A DNA stretch of 64,000 nt from the IMG/VR virus record IMGVR_UViG_3300009788_000010; one strand, given 5' to 3'. This DNA is from an uncultured virus (IMG/VR IMGVR_UViG_3300009788_000010) (lineage: Duplodnaviria > Heunggongvirae > Uroviricota > Caudoviricetes). Below the pieces are notes generated by a model that was not told where the DNA came from, made no database searches, and worked only from the letters and a program-made list of their open reading frames with translations. The number at the start of each line of letters is the position of its first letter. The first letter of the stretch is position 1. This document shows, one piece after another, positions 37,963 through 48,021 of the stretch. The position numbers and the translations under genes are program-made.

Positions 37963-40900
37963 TACTCGAAGATCTCCGTCAGGTACACCTTGACCTGTGA
38001 CTTGAAAGGCCGACCGCCACTGACAAGCGAAGATGGTATCGTTGATTGTCCAGTCGTCCAGCTATCAATGCGATACCGCGAGCCCTTCTTCACGAGTATC
38101 TCGTTCTCGTTCCCATAGCCGCCCTTCATGTTCCTGATCGACGAGGCGCTCGACCTGCCGCGGATCTCGAACATCAAATTGGACTGGCCGCCGAAGCTGT
38201 TGGCGATGTGCTTCTCCGTCGAGAACCCGGCGTTGTACGGAAACGTCCACGTGTCGTGGTTCTCGAGGTAGTTGACCATCCAGTTTCGGTCGACTACGCC
38301 CTCCCTCCACGTCTCGCCGCGCCAGATCGTCCCCTCGTGGCCCTCGTTCTGTAGCTTGAAGCCTTTTTCCAAAGACTCCGCCCGGGTTTTGGCCCTGTCA
38401 AACGACCTGGTGCCGGGCTTCAGCTTTCCGGTTTGGTACGACTTGATCGCGCGTTGGCCGCCGCTCTTCCAACCCTGCGTCGCGGTCTGGAAGTCGTCCC
38501 AAATCTTGGCCGCCTCTTCCCTCGTGTACCCGGCCTTCGACGCGTTCTCGAAGATCGTGTTCTTCATCGTCTTCGAGGTCGGGTGCGACGTGCGGAACAT
38601 CGTCGGCGCCCGCAGCGCCCCGGCGTTGCCGCCCGTCGTCAGCGGGACGAGTGGGCGCGGCGGCGCGGGCAGGAAGCCTCGTTGGATCGCGAGCGGCTCG
38701 ATCGCGTCGCGGAACTCCTTCTGCGCGCTACGAATCTGTTGCTTTGTTTTCGACGCCAGACCTCTGAGCCGTGAGTCGTATTGGATCAACGCGTCGCCGG
38801 CCTGGACCTGGCCGTCCACCTCCATCCGCTTGGCCCAGTCTCGCAGGTGCTTCTCGTAGGACGAGGTGAGCGTGCCGTCCTTCTTGACCTGCCTCGACAG
38901 GCCCCGTTGGAACAGCTTCCGGTTGTAGTCCTCGACCGCCTTCTCGTAGGCGACCTTCTGCGCCTCCGTGACGGGGATGAGATTGGTCTGCGAGCCGGCT
39001 TTCTTCGCCGCAGCGTCCACCGCCTTCTTCGTCGTCAGCGCGGGCTTGGCCTTCGCCTCGACGCCGACCTTGCCGAGCACGTCGTCCGCCCAATTGAGCA
39101 ACGACTTCCTGCGATCGATCATTGCGATGCGGAGTTCTACCAGTTCCTTGCCGGTGAACTTCGCACTGGATAGCGCCTTCTGAATGTCCAACCCGGTGAT
39201 GGGCTCGAGAGTCACCTTGATGCGGTTGGCGAGCACGATGTCGTCGATGTGGCCGAACGCGGCCTTCGCCGTGGTGTTGCCGCCCACCGTTCTCAGCGTG
39301 CCCAGCTCCGGCACCGCGTTCTTTGGCAACCCTCCCGGTTTGAGCGCGCCCTGCGCCCTCCATTTGAGCGAGCCGCCATGGTCGACGACGAGCAGCTTCC
39401 CGTTCCTGAGGACGAGGTTGTCGGCCGTCAGGCCCACCGCGTCCCAGTTCCTCGTCCACGCGGCGTGCACGAGCTGGTCCGTCAGCGCCTGCTGGTCGGC
39501 GAACGCCGAGATCTGGCTCGCGTTCTTGAATTCCTTGAGTTTTTCGACCTTGCTCGCGACGCCGACGCGCCCATCCGTCAACCGCACGAACTGGTAGTCA
39601 TTCGTCTGGAGCCCCATCTTGCGGGCCAGCGACGCGGACGCGTCCTCCGCGAACGCCTGCCCCGCCGCCTTCGGGAACTTGACGAACAGCTCCTCGCCGT
39701 TGGCGGCGCGGTAGAAGCCGCCGGGGTTCGAACCGGTCGAGCCCTTGAATTTGGTATAGTGGCTCCCGAGCCAGTCGAACTCGTTCGGCGCCGCGGCCCC
39801 GCCCTGCGCCTCGAAGATTGGCTTCTTGACGAAGTCGAGCGCGTCGTCGGCCGCCTTCTTCGCCGCGGTCTCGATCGCCGCCTTCGCCTCGGCCCTCGCG
39901 AGCAGCTCGATCTTGTACGCCTTGAGCGACTCCTTCTGAAGGATGTCGAGGCTCGGGTTGGCCTCGAACGAGTCGACGAGGCCGCGCAGCGTGTCGTCCG
40001 TCTGAGCCTTCGCGAAGGTGGTCGCTTTATTGAACTGCTGCGGAATTCGCTTGTTGAGTTCCGCCTTGTACCCGGCGTGGATCTGCCGGTCGATCTTGTT
40101 GAGCGCCGAGACGGGCCCGCCCGCCGGCGTGCTGATGGCCTCCAGCCGGCCCACGAGCTGGGCGTCCTTCAATCCCTCCGCGACCTCGGCCGTCTGTTGG
40201 AGTTTGAACGCGATCCGCTTCTCCAGCTCTCTTTGGAATATGGCAAGCCGCTGAGTGTCGAAGACGTCCAACCCCGCCGGCGAGCCCTTCGTCTCGAGAA
40301 GGTCTTCGACGCGGGCTATAAGCGAGTCCCCTCCGACGTTTGGCAGATCGTCTGTCGTTGCTTTGAACGCCTTCGGCAGCCGGTTGTCCAGTTCAGTTTG
40401 GAACGCCTTCAGCCTAGACTCGTGAACTCGGCGCAACGCCGAGCCCTGCGGCTGGCCCTTGACGAGCGTCTTCAGATCACCGACGCGTCCGATCAGCGCA
40501 TGGTTGGTGACGTCTGCCGCCGTGTTCGCCGCCTTCTCCCCGATGATGAGGATTCGGCGCTGGAACTCGGCCTCGAACGCCTCGAACCTCGCCGTCTTCA
40601 CGGCCGAGTCCAGTTTGAACGTGCCCGCGGCCTTCTGGTCGATCAGAGAGGCGATGTCAAGGTCGTCCGCCGCCCTTGCGTCGGCCGCGTTCTTCCTCGC
40701 GATCGCGGCGGCCCGCTCGATCTCCGCCTTCGCCGCCGCCTCCGCGGCCTCCCTTTCCGCGGCCTGCTTCGCGGCAGTCTCCGCCCTCGCCTGCGCGGCC
40801 TTCTGCGCAGCCGTCGGCGGGATCGGCGTGGGCGGCGTGATCGGCTTGTTCGCGGCGAGCCTCGCCTCCGCCTGCCTCAGCTCCTTGATCGTCAGGATCT

Positions 40901-41897
40901 TGCCGTCACTGCCCGTGAACCGAGACAGTCTCAGCTGGCCGTGCCTGAAGATGCTGGCGCGCGTCGGACCGAGCGCCGCGTTCTGCGTCGCGCGGTTCTG
41001 CGCGCGGAGCCAGCCCGGGTACGTCTGCCGCGCGGGCACCTGGCCCGTGAGGCTCGCGCGCGTCGTGGCCGTGATCTCCTTCGCCTTGATCCCCAGCTCC
41101 TTGAATGACTTCAAGACGGGAATCGTCGTGCACCGGCACTGGTGGTGCGCGGGCGGACGCGGTCCAATGCCGGGCTTGAACACCTGCCCGTCGAGGCCCA
41201 TGCACTCTAGGCACGTGTTCGTGTCCAGCGTCGAAAGCCACTGCACGCCCTTGACGACGCTTTCGTTGTTCTCGTAGTACGCCTCCCGGCTCCAGTTCGC
41301 CGTGTGCGTCGCCGCGGTCCTGACGACCGCCTCGGCCTGCCTCCCGATCGTCGGATACGTGTCCCGCACCGACGCGATGATCTGCGGCGTCGTCAGCCCC
41401 TGGATCAGGCCCGTCTTGATCGTCCTGTCCAGCCGCTCGACCGTGGCCGCCGCGACGGTGGAGAAGTGGCGGCCTAGGATCGCGCCCTCGAACGGCCGCG
41501 ACGCGACGATCGAGGTCAGCTGCCGCAGCGACACGGAGTTGGTCGCGAGCCTCGCCGGAAGGAAGTCGTCGACGAGCGACGCCTGCCAAGCGACCTCGTC
41601 CGACGCGAACGGGATCAGCGCGTTCCGCGCGCCGTCCGAGATGCCCGCGAAGCCCTCGTTGACGATCTTGTTGACGCCGGCTCTGAGGTCTCGCAGCCTC
41701 GCCGTCGTGACCGGCCCGACGTCGAGCCCACGCTCCGTGATCGTCGCCAGCCTCGCGGCGACCCGCGCGTCCACCGCGGGCAGCACGTCGCTCTTGAGGA
41801 AGGCGCGGGCGTCGGCGACGAGCCCGTTCTCGAACCTCTCTATGACGACGGCGCGCGTGATGCCGCGGTCCCGGAGTATGTCGTTGGCGGTCGCCAC
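37962..41897 (-). CDS. MuF (SPP1 gp7-like) minor head protein fused to a kinase-like domain and an ADP-ribosyltransferase
   Basis: W.STLD..T...C..LDG..PPAH..CRC (MuF). GSNPGG..VK..RNWD..DN..DHGGSL (kinase-like). WRG..FST..ENE (ART). Confidence 0.85.
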   Translation of the reverse strand: MATANDILRDRGITRAVVIERFENGLVADARAFLKSDVLPAVDARVAARLATITERGLDVGPVTTARLRDLRAGVNKIVNEGFAGISDGARNALIPFASDEVAWQASLVDDFLPARLATNSVSLRQLTSIVASRPFEGAILGRHFSTVAAATVERLDRTIKTGLIQGLTTPQIIASVRDTYPTIGRQAEAVVRTAATHTANWSREAYYENNESVVKGVQWLSTLDTNTCLECMGLDGQVFKPGIGPRPPAHHQCRCTTIPVLKSFKELGIKAKEITATTRASLTGQVPARQTYPGWLRAQNRATQNAALGPTRASIFRHGQLRLSRFTGSDGKILTIKELRQAEARLAANKPITPPTPIPPTAAQKAAQARAETAAKQAAEREAAEAAAKAEIERAAAIARKNAADARAADDLDIASLIDQKAAGTFKLDSAVKTARFEAFEAEFQRRILIIGEKAANTAADVTNHALIGRVGDLKTLVKGQPQGSALRRVHESRLKAFQTELDNRLPKAFKATTDDLPNVGGDSLIARVEDLLETKGSPAGLDVFDTQRLAIFQRELEKRIAFKLQQTAEVAEGLKDAQLVGRLEAISTPAGGPVSALNKIDRQIHAGYKAELNKRIPQQFNKATTFAKAQTDDTLRGLVDSFEANPSLDILQKESLKAYKIELLARAEAKAAIETAAKKAADDALDFVKKPIFEAQGGAAAPNEFDWLGSHYTKFKGSTGSNPGGFYRAANGEELFVKFPKAAGQAFAEDASASLARKMGLQTNDYQFVRLTDGRVGVASKVEKLKEFKNASQISAFADQQALTDQLVHAAWTRNWDAVGLTADNLVLRNGKLLVVDHGGSLKWRAQGALKPGGLPKNAVPELGTLRTVGGNTTAKAAFGHIDDIVLANRIKVTLEPITGLDIQKALSSAKFTGKELVELRIAMIDRRKSLLNWADDVLGKVGVEAKAKPALTTKKAVDAAAKKAGSQTNLIPVTEAQKVAYEKAVEDYNRKLFQRGLSRQVKKDGTLTSSYEKHLRDWAKRMEVDGQVQAGDALIQYDSRLRGLASKTKQQIRSAQKEFRDAIEPLAIQRGFLPAPPRPLVPLTTGGNAGALRAPTMFRTSHPTSKTMKNTIFENASKAGYTREEAAKIWDDFQTATQGWKSGGQRAIKSYQTGKLKPGTRSFDRAKTRAESLEKGFKLQNEGHEGTIWRGETWREGVVDRNWMVNYLENHDTWTFPYNAGFSTEKHIANSFGGQSNLMFEIRGRSSASSIRNMKGGYGNENEILVKKGSRYRIDSWTTGQSTIPSSLVSGGRPFKSQVKVYLTEIFE

Positions 41898-41900
41898 CGC

Positions 41901-43406
41901 CTATTCCTCGCCCTCGCCCTCGCCCTCCCCGGGCTCGGGCCGCAGCCCGATCTCGGTCGCGGCCTCCTTGGCGAGCCGCTCCGCCTCCTTCTCCGCGTCG
42001 AACTCCTCGGACAGCAGGTTGCGCCGCTTCAGCTCCTCGTAGTACGTCTCCCGGGAGATGTCGCGCATCGCCCTCATCCTCGAGAGTTCGGCCAGCTCGT
42101 CCTTGGTCGTGGCGGACTCGGCGAAGGAGTCGTCGATGTTGACGCCGACCTCGCCGTCCGGGCGGTCGAGCCACATCAGCGTCAGGCCGAGCGCGCCCTC
42201 GAGCGCCGACTCCATCGCCCGTATCCACGACGCGAGCTGGGACGTCTCCGCCGCGGTGTCGATGGACTTCTCGGTGGCCGTCATCGTGCCGCTCTTGTTT
42301 CGCAGCAGCGGCTTAAGGCCGAGCAGCGTCATCTGGTCCTCGATGTCCTCGAGGTCATCGCGGCCGGACGCGATCGCCTTGCCGGTGTGCTCGACGTAGC
42401 CCAGCTTCGCATTGTCCTTGACGGACCGGATCATCTGGTTGGGGCCGATCGTGACCTTGTCGCCCAGCTCCTTCTTCGTGAAGCCCGCGCCGAACAGCAG
42501 CGGCATCCGCGCGAACTTGAGGATGTGGCGCTGGTCGCTCGACGACTGCCAGTGCTCGAGGTTCTTCCACGCGAGGTCGGCCATCGGCGGCGACCCGAGC
42601 ATGAAGTCGATGTGGTTGGTGTAGAACGTGACGAGCGGGATGACGTTGATGGAGACCGTGCCGCGCTCTTTGAATTTGTACTCGCCGCCCTGCTGGTTCC
42701 CCGTCGTCGTCGCGGTCGGCCGCGTCCACAGTTCCCACCACGTCTCGCCCTTGTCGTCCTCGGCCGCCGGGTCCGGCAGCCTGCGGTGGTAGACCTTCAC
42801 GCGGTCGGTGAATACCTCGCCCCAGTCCCCGTGCGGTTCGGACACGGTTTCGACGATGCGTAGCTGGATCAGCACCTCCTGTCCTTGGAACCTCTCCGAC
42901 CGCCAGCCGATGATTCGCGTCGCGGGCACGTGAGACCAGAACGGCCGGATGCCCAGTTCGCCTTCGTCGTCGAGCGAGAGCGGCTCGCCCGACTCGTTCT
43001 CCGGCACCACAGGGAAGTCAACGAGGATGTGCGACAGGCCGCGGTTGACGCCGTCCACGAACACCCGCTTCGCGAAGGAGGAGATGCTGTCGTTCCGTGA
43101 CGTCACGTCCTCGGAGAACTCGAACAGAACGGATTCCGTCGCCTCCGTCAGCCCCACGACCTCTCGGAAGGGCCGCGACCCGAGAGACCTCACCGCGTCG
43201 CCGTACGCGCCGAACAGGAACGAGCGGTCGCGCCTCGCGGCGTACGCCGTCGCCTCCTCCGCCTGCTCCCTCGGCAGGTACGACTCGCCGGCGTCCCTCA
43301 TCGCGCGCGTGCCGCCCATCAGCGTGTCGGACATCGCCCACTTGGCCGCCGCGTCGATGTATGCCGCGGTGGGCTCGTTGACCTTGAGGGGCGTGTGGGA
43401 GGCCAT
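41901..43406 (-). CDS. portal protein (DUF4055-like)
   Basis: GGT.AMR.AG..YLP.E, HWQSSSDQ..IL and TATE. Follows TerL. Confidence 0.9.
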   Translation of the reverse strand: MASHTPLKVNEPTAAYIDAAAKWAMSDTLMGGTRAMRDAGESYLPREQAEEATAYAARRDRSFLFGAYGDAVRSLGSRPFREVVGLTEATESVLFEFSEDVTSRNDSISSFAKRVFVDGVNRGLSHILVDFPVVPENESGEPLSLDDEGELGIRPFWSHVPATRIIGWRSERFQGQEVLIQLRIVETVSEPHGDWGEVFTDRVKVYHRRLPDPAAEDDKGETWWELWTRPTATTTGNQQGGEYKFKERGTVSINVIPLVTFYTNHIDFMLGSPPMADLAWKNLEHWQSSSDQRHILKFARMPLLFGAGFTKKELGDKVTIGPNQMIRSVKDNAKLGYVEHTGKAIASGRDDLEDIEDQMTLLGLKPLLRNKSGTMTATEKSIDTAAETSQLASWIRAMESALEGALGLTLMWLDRPDGEVGVNIDDSFAESATTKDELAELSRMRAMRDISRETYYEELKRRNLLSEEFDAEKEAERLAKEAATEIGLRPEPGEGEGEGEE

Positions 43407-44837
43407 CTAGATCCTTTGCGTCGCCACGCCGCCGCCGCCGGCTAGAACGCGGTATCTGACGTTGTCCCAGTCGTGGTCCGGCTGGTCTGTGTCGACGTCT
43501 TCGAGATTCTTCTCGTCCCGCTCGAGGACGGCGATGTGGGCGGAGGCGCGAGGGCACGTCGTCCAGATCGCGAACCCGGGCGACTCCATCGGCTGCTCCC
43601 GCTGCGCGATCATCCGCCCCCTCACGAGGTCGAGGCCGCGTATCCGCGAGCCCGGCGTCTTGTTAGCCCGCTCCCAGTCGACGCCCTCGTCCTCCATGTC
43701 CTCGGCGATCGACGCGTCGTTGACGGTGTCGAAGATGGACGAGTCGGCGGGCCCGCCCTCGAACCTCCAGCCGTGGGACTCGCGCCACCGCGTCTCCCTG
43801 TCGCGGATGCCGGAACCGATCGCCCTCGCCGTGAGCCCCAGCCCGCGCTCGTTGCCGTCGTCGCCGTACCACTCGCGCACGACGAACAGCGTGCCCTTCG
43901 GGTACCACGCGCGCGGGCCGCCCCTCTGCGGCGCGCCGCCGGTGGTCGGGTCGAACTCCTCGCCGCTGGACTCCGCGTACCACAGGACGGAGAACGGCGC
44001 CGACGAGCCCCAGTCGAACCCGCGGTAGAGGAACCAGCCGGACGGGATCTTGAAGGGTTTGACGATGTGGACCTTTCTGTCCCAGACGTCGTCGAACGCC
44101 CCGCCGGCGACGATGTCCCAGTCTCCCTTGCGCCACGCCTTGTACAGGGCCGGGTTCGTCTTTTTGAGCGTCTCCAACCGCGCGAGGTATTCGGGGTCCG
44201 CGTCCATCAACGCGACGTTCTCCTCGATGTCGCTGAAGATGGCGACTTGCTTCAGCCCGGGCTCGACCTCGAAGGGCTCGCAGTCGCCGGCGGCGTCGAT
44301 GAACCTCCGCTTGACCCAGTTGTGGCCGATGCCGAACGGGTTGGCCGTCGCCCTGATCTTGCGGGGCATGTTCGGCGTCGACGAGCGCGAGCAGCTGACC
44401 ATCATCGAGAGGCACTCGTCAGTCGGCCAGCGTTGGATCTCCTCCCAGCCGATCCACGGGTATTCGTGGCCGTGATACTCCCAGTAGTCGCGAGGGTCGC
44501 TCATGTAGCGGAGGAGCAGCTCCTCGCCGTCCTCGAACCGCCACGTGAAGTCGGCGGCGTTGTACCTCGCCGACGGGAAGATCTCGCCGAACCAGCGCCG
44601 ACTCCGCGAGATCACGTCGCTCAACTGCTTGTAGGTGCGGCGGAAGAGGATGCCGCGCCACGCGCCGCCCCAGCCCTCGCCCACGTGCTGGGCGTAGTCC
44701 ATCAGCAGCGCGTCCGTCTTGCCGCCGCCCCGCGTGCCGTGGAGCACGGCGATCCAGAACGGCGCCTCCATGAAGGCGATCTGAGAGCCGGGTTGCGGCT
44801 CCCATATCACGTTCGACGACGAGGCCGGCGCGGACAC
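43407..44837 (-). CDS. terL: terminase large subunit
   Basis: GTRGGGKT, WEEI, ANP.G.GHNWVK, GFDWG and DH..D..RY. Confidence 0.95.
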   Translation of the reverse strand: MSAPASSSNVIWEPQPGSQIAFMEAPFWIAVLHGTRGGGKTDALLMDYAQHVGEGWGGAWRGILFRRTYKQLSDVISRSRRWFGEIFPSARYNAADFTWRFEDGEELLLRYMSDPRDYWEYHGHEYPWIGWEEIQRWPTDECLSMMVSCSRSSTPNMPRKIRATANPFGIGHNWVKRRFIDAAGDCEPFEVEPGLKQVAIFSDIEENVALMDADPEYLARLETLKKTNPALYKAWRKGDWDIVAGGAFDDVWDRKVHIVKPFKIPSGWFLYRGFDWGSSAPFSVLWYAESSGEEFDPTTGGAPQRGGPRAWYPKGTLFVVREWYGDDGNERGLGLTARAIGSGIRDRETRWRESHGWRFEGGPADSSIFDTVNDASIAEDMEDEGVDWERANKTPGSRIRGLDLVRGRMIAQREQPMESPGFAIWTTCPRASAHIAVLERDEKNLEDVDTDQPDHDWDNVRYRVLAGGGGVATQRI

Positions 44838-44840
44838 GCG

Positions 44841-45170
44841 TCAGACCCGGTGCGCGATCAGCTCGAGGGTGGCGCCGGCCTCCGAGCCGACGACGACGAC
44901 TTCGACCTCGATGTCGTCGGGGCAGTTCGCGACCTCCTTCATCTCCGAGGCGGTCGCGGCCGTCACCTGCGTGAAGGTGGCGAGCACCCACTTCTTCGTG
45001 TTCAGGACGCCGCGTATCGTGACGTCGATCGACGTGCCCGCGAACCCCGCGACGTCGAGGTAGAAGCGGGCGCTGTCGGTGGCCAGCCTGTAGAACGACG
45101 TCTGCTTCTGGACGGCCGTGGTGCCGGCGGGCAGGGCGCCCGTGTAGAAGCTGAACTCAGCGTACGACAT
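44841..45170 (-). CDS. small beta-sandwich protein, paralogue 3
   Basis: Shares GTS.D.T..G.L / FTQ.TA / CP with 45180-45740 and 45998-46369. Confidence 0.7.
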   Translation of the reverse strand: MSYAEFSFYTGALPAGTTAVQKQTSFYRLATDSARFYLDVAGFAGTSIDVTIRGVLNTKKWVLATFTQVTAATASEMKEVANCPDDIEVEVVVVGSEAGATLELIAHRV

Positions 45171-45179
45171 TTGGAACCC

Positions 45180-45740
45180 TCAGGACCTGTTGGCGTGGAC
45201 GGCGAGCGTCGCCCCCGTTATGGAGCCGACGACGACCACTTCGATCTCGATGAGGTCCGGGCAGTCGGAGAGGAGGAGCGACTGCTGGCCGTCCGCCGTG
45301 AGCTGCGTGAACGCCGCCAGGTCGTAGGTGGTCTTGATGCCGCTGACCATCACGTCAGTCGCAGAGGTCTCATCCGTGAGCGACTCGGCCGGAGTCACGG
45401 CGGCGTCGGAGATGACCGTGTCGATCGTGAAGTGCCCGTTGTTGACTTCCAGATTCATCCCTTTCACGAAGATCACGTCGCCGACCGAGATACCGTCAAA
45501 TGTGCCAGACGGCCCCAAGAAATTCCCAGAGGCAGCGAGAAGCGCGATGCCCACCTTCGGCGGCACCGCGAGCTTCCCGCGGACCGTCGCGTCCACCGAG
45601 GTGCCGACAAAGCCGTCGAGCTTCCACGAGAAGCGCGCGCCCACGACGGCCGGGTTCCTGTCGCCGCCCAGCGTGGACCGCACCCGCGCGGTGGTGCCCG
45701 CCGGCAGCCCGCCGATGAAGAAATTGCTCTCGACGTACAT
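45180..45740 (-). CDS. small beta-sandwich protein, paralogue 2, with an inserted NNG module
   Basis: Same core motifs, interrupted by an ~75-aa insert VGDVIFVKG..NNGHFTI. Confidence 0.7.
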   Translation of the reverse strand: MYVESNFFIGGLPAGTTARVRSTLGGDRNPAVVGARFSWKLDGFVGTSVDATVRGKLAVPPKVGIALLAASGNFLGPSGTFDGISVGDVIFVKGMNLEVNNGHFTIDTVISDAAVTPAESLTDETSATDVMVSGIKTTYDLAAFTQLTADGQQSLLLSDCPDLIEIEVVVVGSITGATLAVHANRS

Positions 45741-45749
45741 CTTCCCCTC

Positions 45750-46013
45750 CTAGGTTCCGGCCGGCGTCGTCCTGCTCGTGCACGAGAGGCCGCGTTCCGC
45801 CATCACCTGTTGCCGGGCTCGCTGCGTCCTGTCCTCGAACCCCATGCCCCACACCTGGTCCTGCATCTCCCACGCGCACAGCTTCGCGTCCGACCACGAC
45901 CGATGCTGGGTCAAAAGGTAGGCGTGGGAGCAGCCCGCGAGCGCGGCGGCGGCCGCGAGTGCGACCGCCAACCGCGCAGCCCGGGCAAGGCCGCGGGTCA
46001 GTTCCGCCAGCAC
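45750..46013 (-). CDS. lipoprotein
   Basis: Signal peptide with lipobox LAGC and a paired Cys motif. Confidence 0.65.
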   Translation of the reverse strand: MLAELTRGLARAARLAVALAAAAALAGCSHAYLLTQHRSWSDAKLCAWEMQDQVWGMGFEDRTQRARQQVMAERGLSCTSRTTPAGT

Positions 46014-46369
46014 ACGATCTCACAGCCGGTCGCGGCCGGGTCGGTGCCGCCGGTCACCCACTTCACCTGGATCACGCGCGGACAGTTCGCGATCACCTTG
46101 ATCTCCGAACCGGCCGCGGTCAGCTGGGTGAAGGTGGTGAGCGGCACGAGAAAGGTCGTGCCGTCGAGGTTGGTGAGCACCCCCTCCACGGTGAAGTCGA
46201 ACGTCGGCGAGGTGCCGGAGACGCCCGTCAGCTTCAGGCCGACCGTCACGGTGCCGCTCAGGGCCTCGCCCTTCAGCGAGCCCTCGAACGTGCCGACGAC
46301 GCCCGAGGCGGCGTCCTCGTCGGCCGGGATCGCGGCGTCGTAGATCGGAATCTCGATGTAGGTCTGCAT
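45998..46369 (-). CDS. small beta-sandwich protein, paralogue 1
   Basis: SGTSPT.D.TV.G, FTQLTA and ANCP. RBS GGAGGG. Confidence 0.7.
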   Translation of the reverse strand: MQTYIEIPIYDAAIPADEDAASGVVGTFEGSLKGEALSGTVTVGLKLTGVSGTSPTFDFTVEGVLTNLDGTTFLVPLTTFTQLTAAGSEIKVIANCPRVIQVKWVTGGTDPAATGCEIVCWRN

Positions 46370-46461
46370 GGTCCGTTCCCTCCCTCGCGGCGCCGCTCCA
46401 TTGCGGGCCCGTTCGCCCCGAAGGGCGGATGAATCGGTTCAAGATCTTGAAGACGCGACAG

Positions 46462-46917
46462 TCAATGAGGCCGCCCTGCGACGGACCCGGCCACCGCGGT
46501 CGGGCTCTCGGCCCGCCGCTCGCCCTCGAGCCTCTCGGCCCGCTCGGCCTCGGCCCTCTCGAGCGCCGCGCGCGCGGCCGAGCCCAGATCCGCCCCGCCG
46601 CCGTCGGCGATGTCCTCGAGGATCCTCTGGCGGACGGCCACCACCGTTCTTACGTCGTGGTCGCCGGGCCGCAGCGGGCAGACGCCGGCGTTGAGGTCGC
46701 GGATCACGAGCGCGACGAGGTTCATCGCCGCGTCCCGCCACCTCGACGTCTCCGCGACGGACTCCTTCGCTTCCTGCCACGTCTCGGGCGTGGCGCCGCT
46801 CAGCCACCGCTTCGCGCCGTCGCGGACGAAGGAGAACAGCTGGTTCCCGATCCGGTCGACCGCGGCCACCTGCTCCTTGTTCAGCTTCATCGTCTTGCCG
46901 CCGCCGTTGACGGGCAT
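46462..46917 (-). CDS. hypothetical protein
   Basis: Coupled ORF. The start could be 46890. Confidence 0.5.
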   Translation of the reverse strand: MPVNGGGKTMKLNKEQVAAVDRIGNQLFSFVRDGAKRWLSGATPETWQEAKESVAETSRWRDAAMNLVALVIRDLNAGVCPLRPGDHDVRTVVAVRQRILEDIADGGGADLGSAARAALERAEAERAERLEGERRAESPTAVAGSVAGRPH

Positions 46918-47213
46918 CAGCCGCCGCCTCCCTCGGTGAACTGCCCGCGCAGCACCCGCAGCCGGTTCGCCGCCCACGCCGCGTCGCGCGCCTCGGGCCT
47001 CGCGGCGACGTACGCCTCCAACCGGGCCAGGCCGGCGTCGTCGCCCGCGGTCCAGACGCGTTCCGACGGCTGCCCCTCCGGCGGCGGCTGCGGCGTCGCG
47101 TAGTCGAGCGCCCGCTCCCAATCCGCCTCGAGGTTGTCCGTCGACTCGTGCCGCGACAGGCCGAGCCGGCCCCGAAGCTGCTGCACCATTTCCGACTTGG
47201 TGGGCATCATCAC
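46917..47213 (-). CDS. hypothetical protein
   Basis: Stop/start overlaps on both sides. Confidence 0.5.
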   Translation of the reverse strand: MMMPTKSEMVQQLRGRLGLSRHESTDNLEADWERALDYATPQPPPEGQPSERVWTAGDDAGLARLEAYVAARPEARDAAWAANRLRVLRGQFTEGGGG

Positions 47214-47608
47214 GCGGCGTCCGCGTCGGGGCCGTTCGAGGCCGCGGCGGGCTTGTCGGCCTCGCGCCCCGCCTCCCGCGCCGCTCTCGCGCCGTCGTAC
47301 GCGCGCTTCAGCGCCCGCACCTCGTCGAGCGTCACAGTCCAGCCCCTCACGAGGTCGTACGCGCCCCCGAGCGGCGGCAGCCCCATCGCCTCGCGGACCT
47401 TGACCATCACGGTCCTCGGCGACGCGGCCTCGGAGTCCGACAAGGCGGGCCTCGTCGCCGCGGCGGCGGCCCCCACGCCGGGCGGCTCGCAGTCGTGGCA
47501 GACCGCGGAGCCGGCGTCGATCGTGAAGCCCACGGCCGAGCGCCCGGCCGTCACGAGCGTCCTGCCGCACCGGCGGCATATCGTCGGGAACGTCATCGCT
47601 TCCGTCAC
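47210..47608 (-). CDS. hypothetical Zn-finger protein
   Basis: CRRC..CHDC. GTGA overlap. Confidence 0.5.
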   Translation of the reverse strand: MTEAMTFPTICRRCGRTLVTAGRSAVGFTIDAGSAVCHDCEPPGVGAAAAATRPALSDSEAASPRTVMVKVREAMGLPPLGGAYDLVRGWTVTLDEVRALKRAYDGARAAREAGREADKPAAASNGPDADAA

Positions 47609-48021
47609 AGAACCTCCCCCGCGGCTCCCCGCGCGGTGCCCCTCAGTTTGGAACCGCTTCCCACGGCCCCGAAGTCGAACTCGCCGCCCGCGGACACGGC
47701 GTCCACCGCCGCGACGGAGGCGTCGAACATGCGGCGGGCCTCGCGGTCCGCCTCCCGCTCCAGCAGCGCCACGATCTCTCGCGGCGGCAGCCCGCAGTCG
47801 CCGGGCGCGTAGCCCGCGAGCCCCACGCCGCCGCCCTCCTGCGCCGCCGTCCAGCCGAGCATCTTCCTGCGTTTGGACGGGTCGCGCGGGCAGACCTCGC
47901 GCACCTCGAACCGCCCCTCGCGCCACTTCACCCGGCAGCGCCACCTCGCGCCGCCGGACTCCACGAGCAGGCTCAGCGTCACCTCGCTGCGCGCCTTGGT
48001 CTCGACTATCCTCGGGCTCAT
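47605..48021 (-). CDS. hypothetical protein
   Basis: ATGA overlap. RBS GGAGGAG. Confidence 0.5.
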   Translation of the reverse strand: MSPRIVETKARSEVTLSLLVESGGARWRCRVKWREGRFEVREVCPRDPSKRRKMLGWTAAQEGGGVGLAGYAPGDCGLPPREIVALLEREADREARRMFDASVAAVDAVSAGGEFDFGAVGSGSKLRGTARGAAGEVL

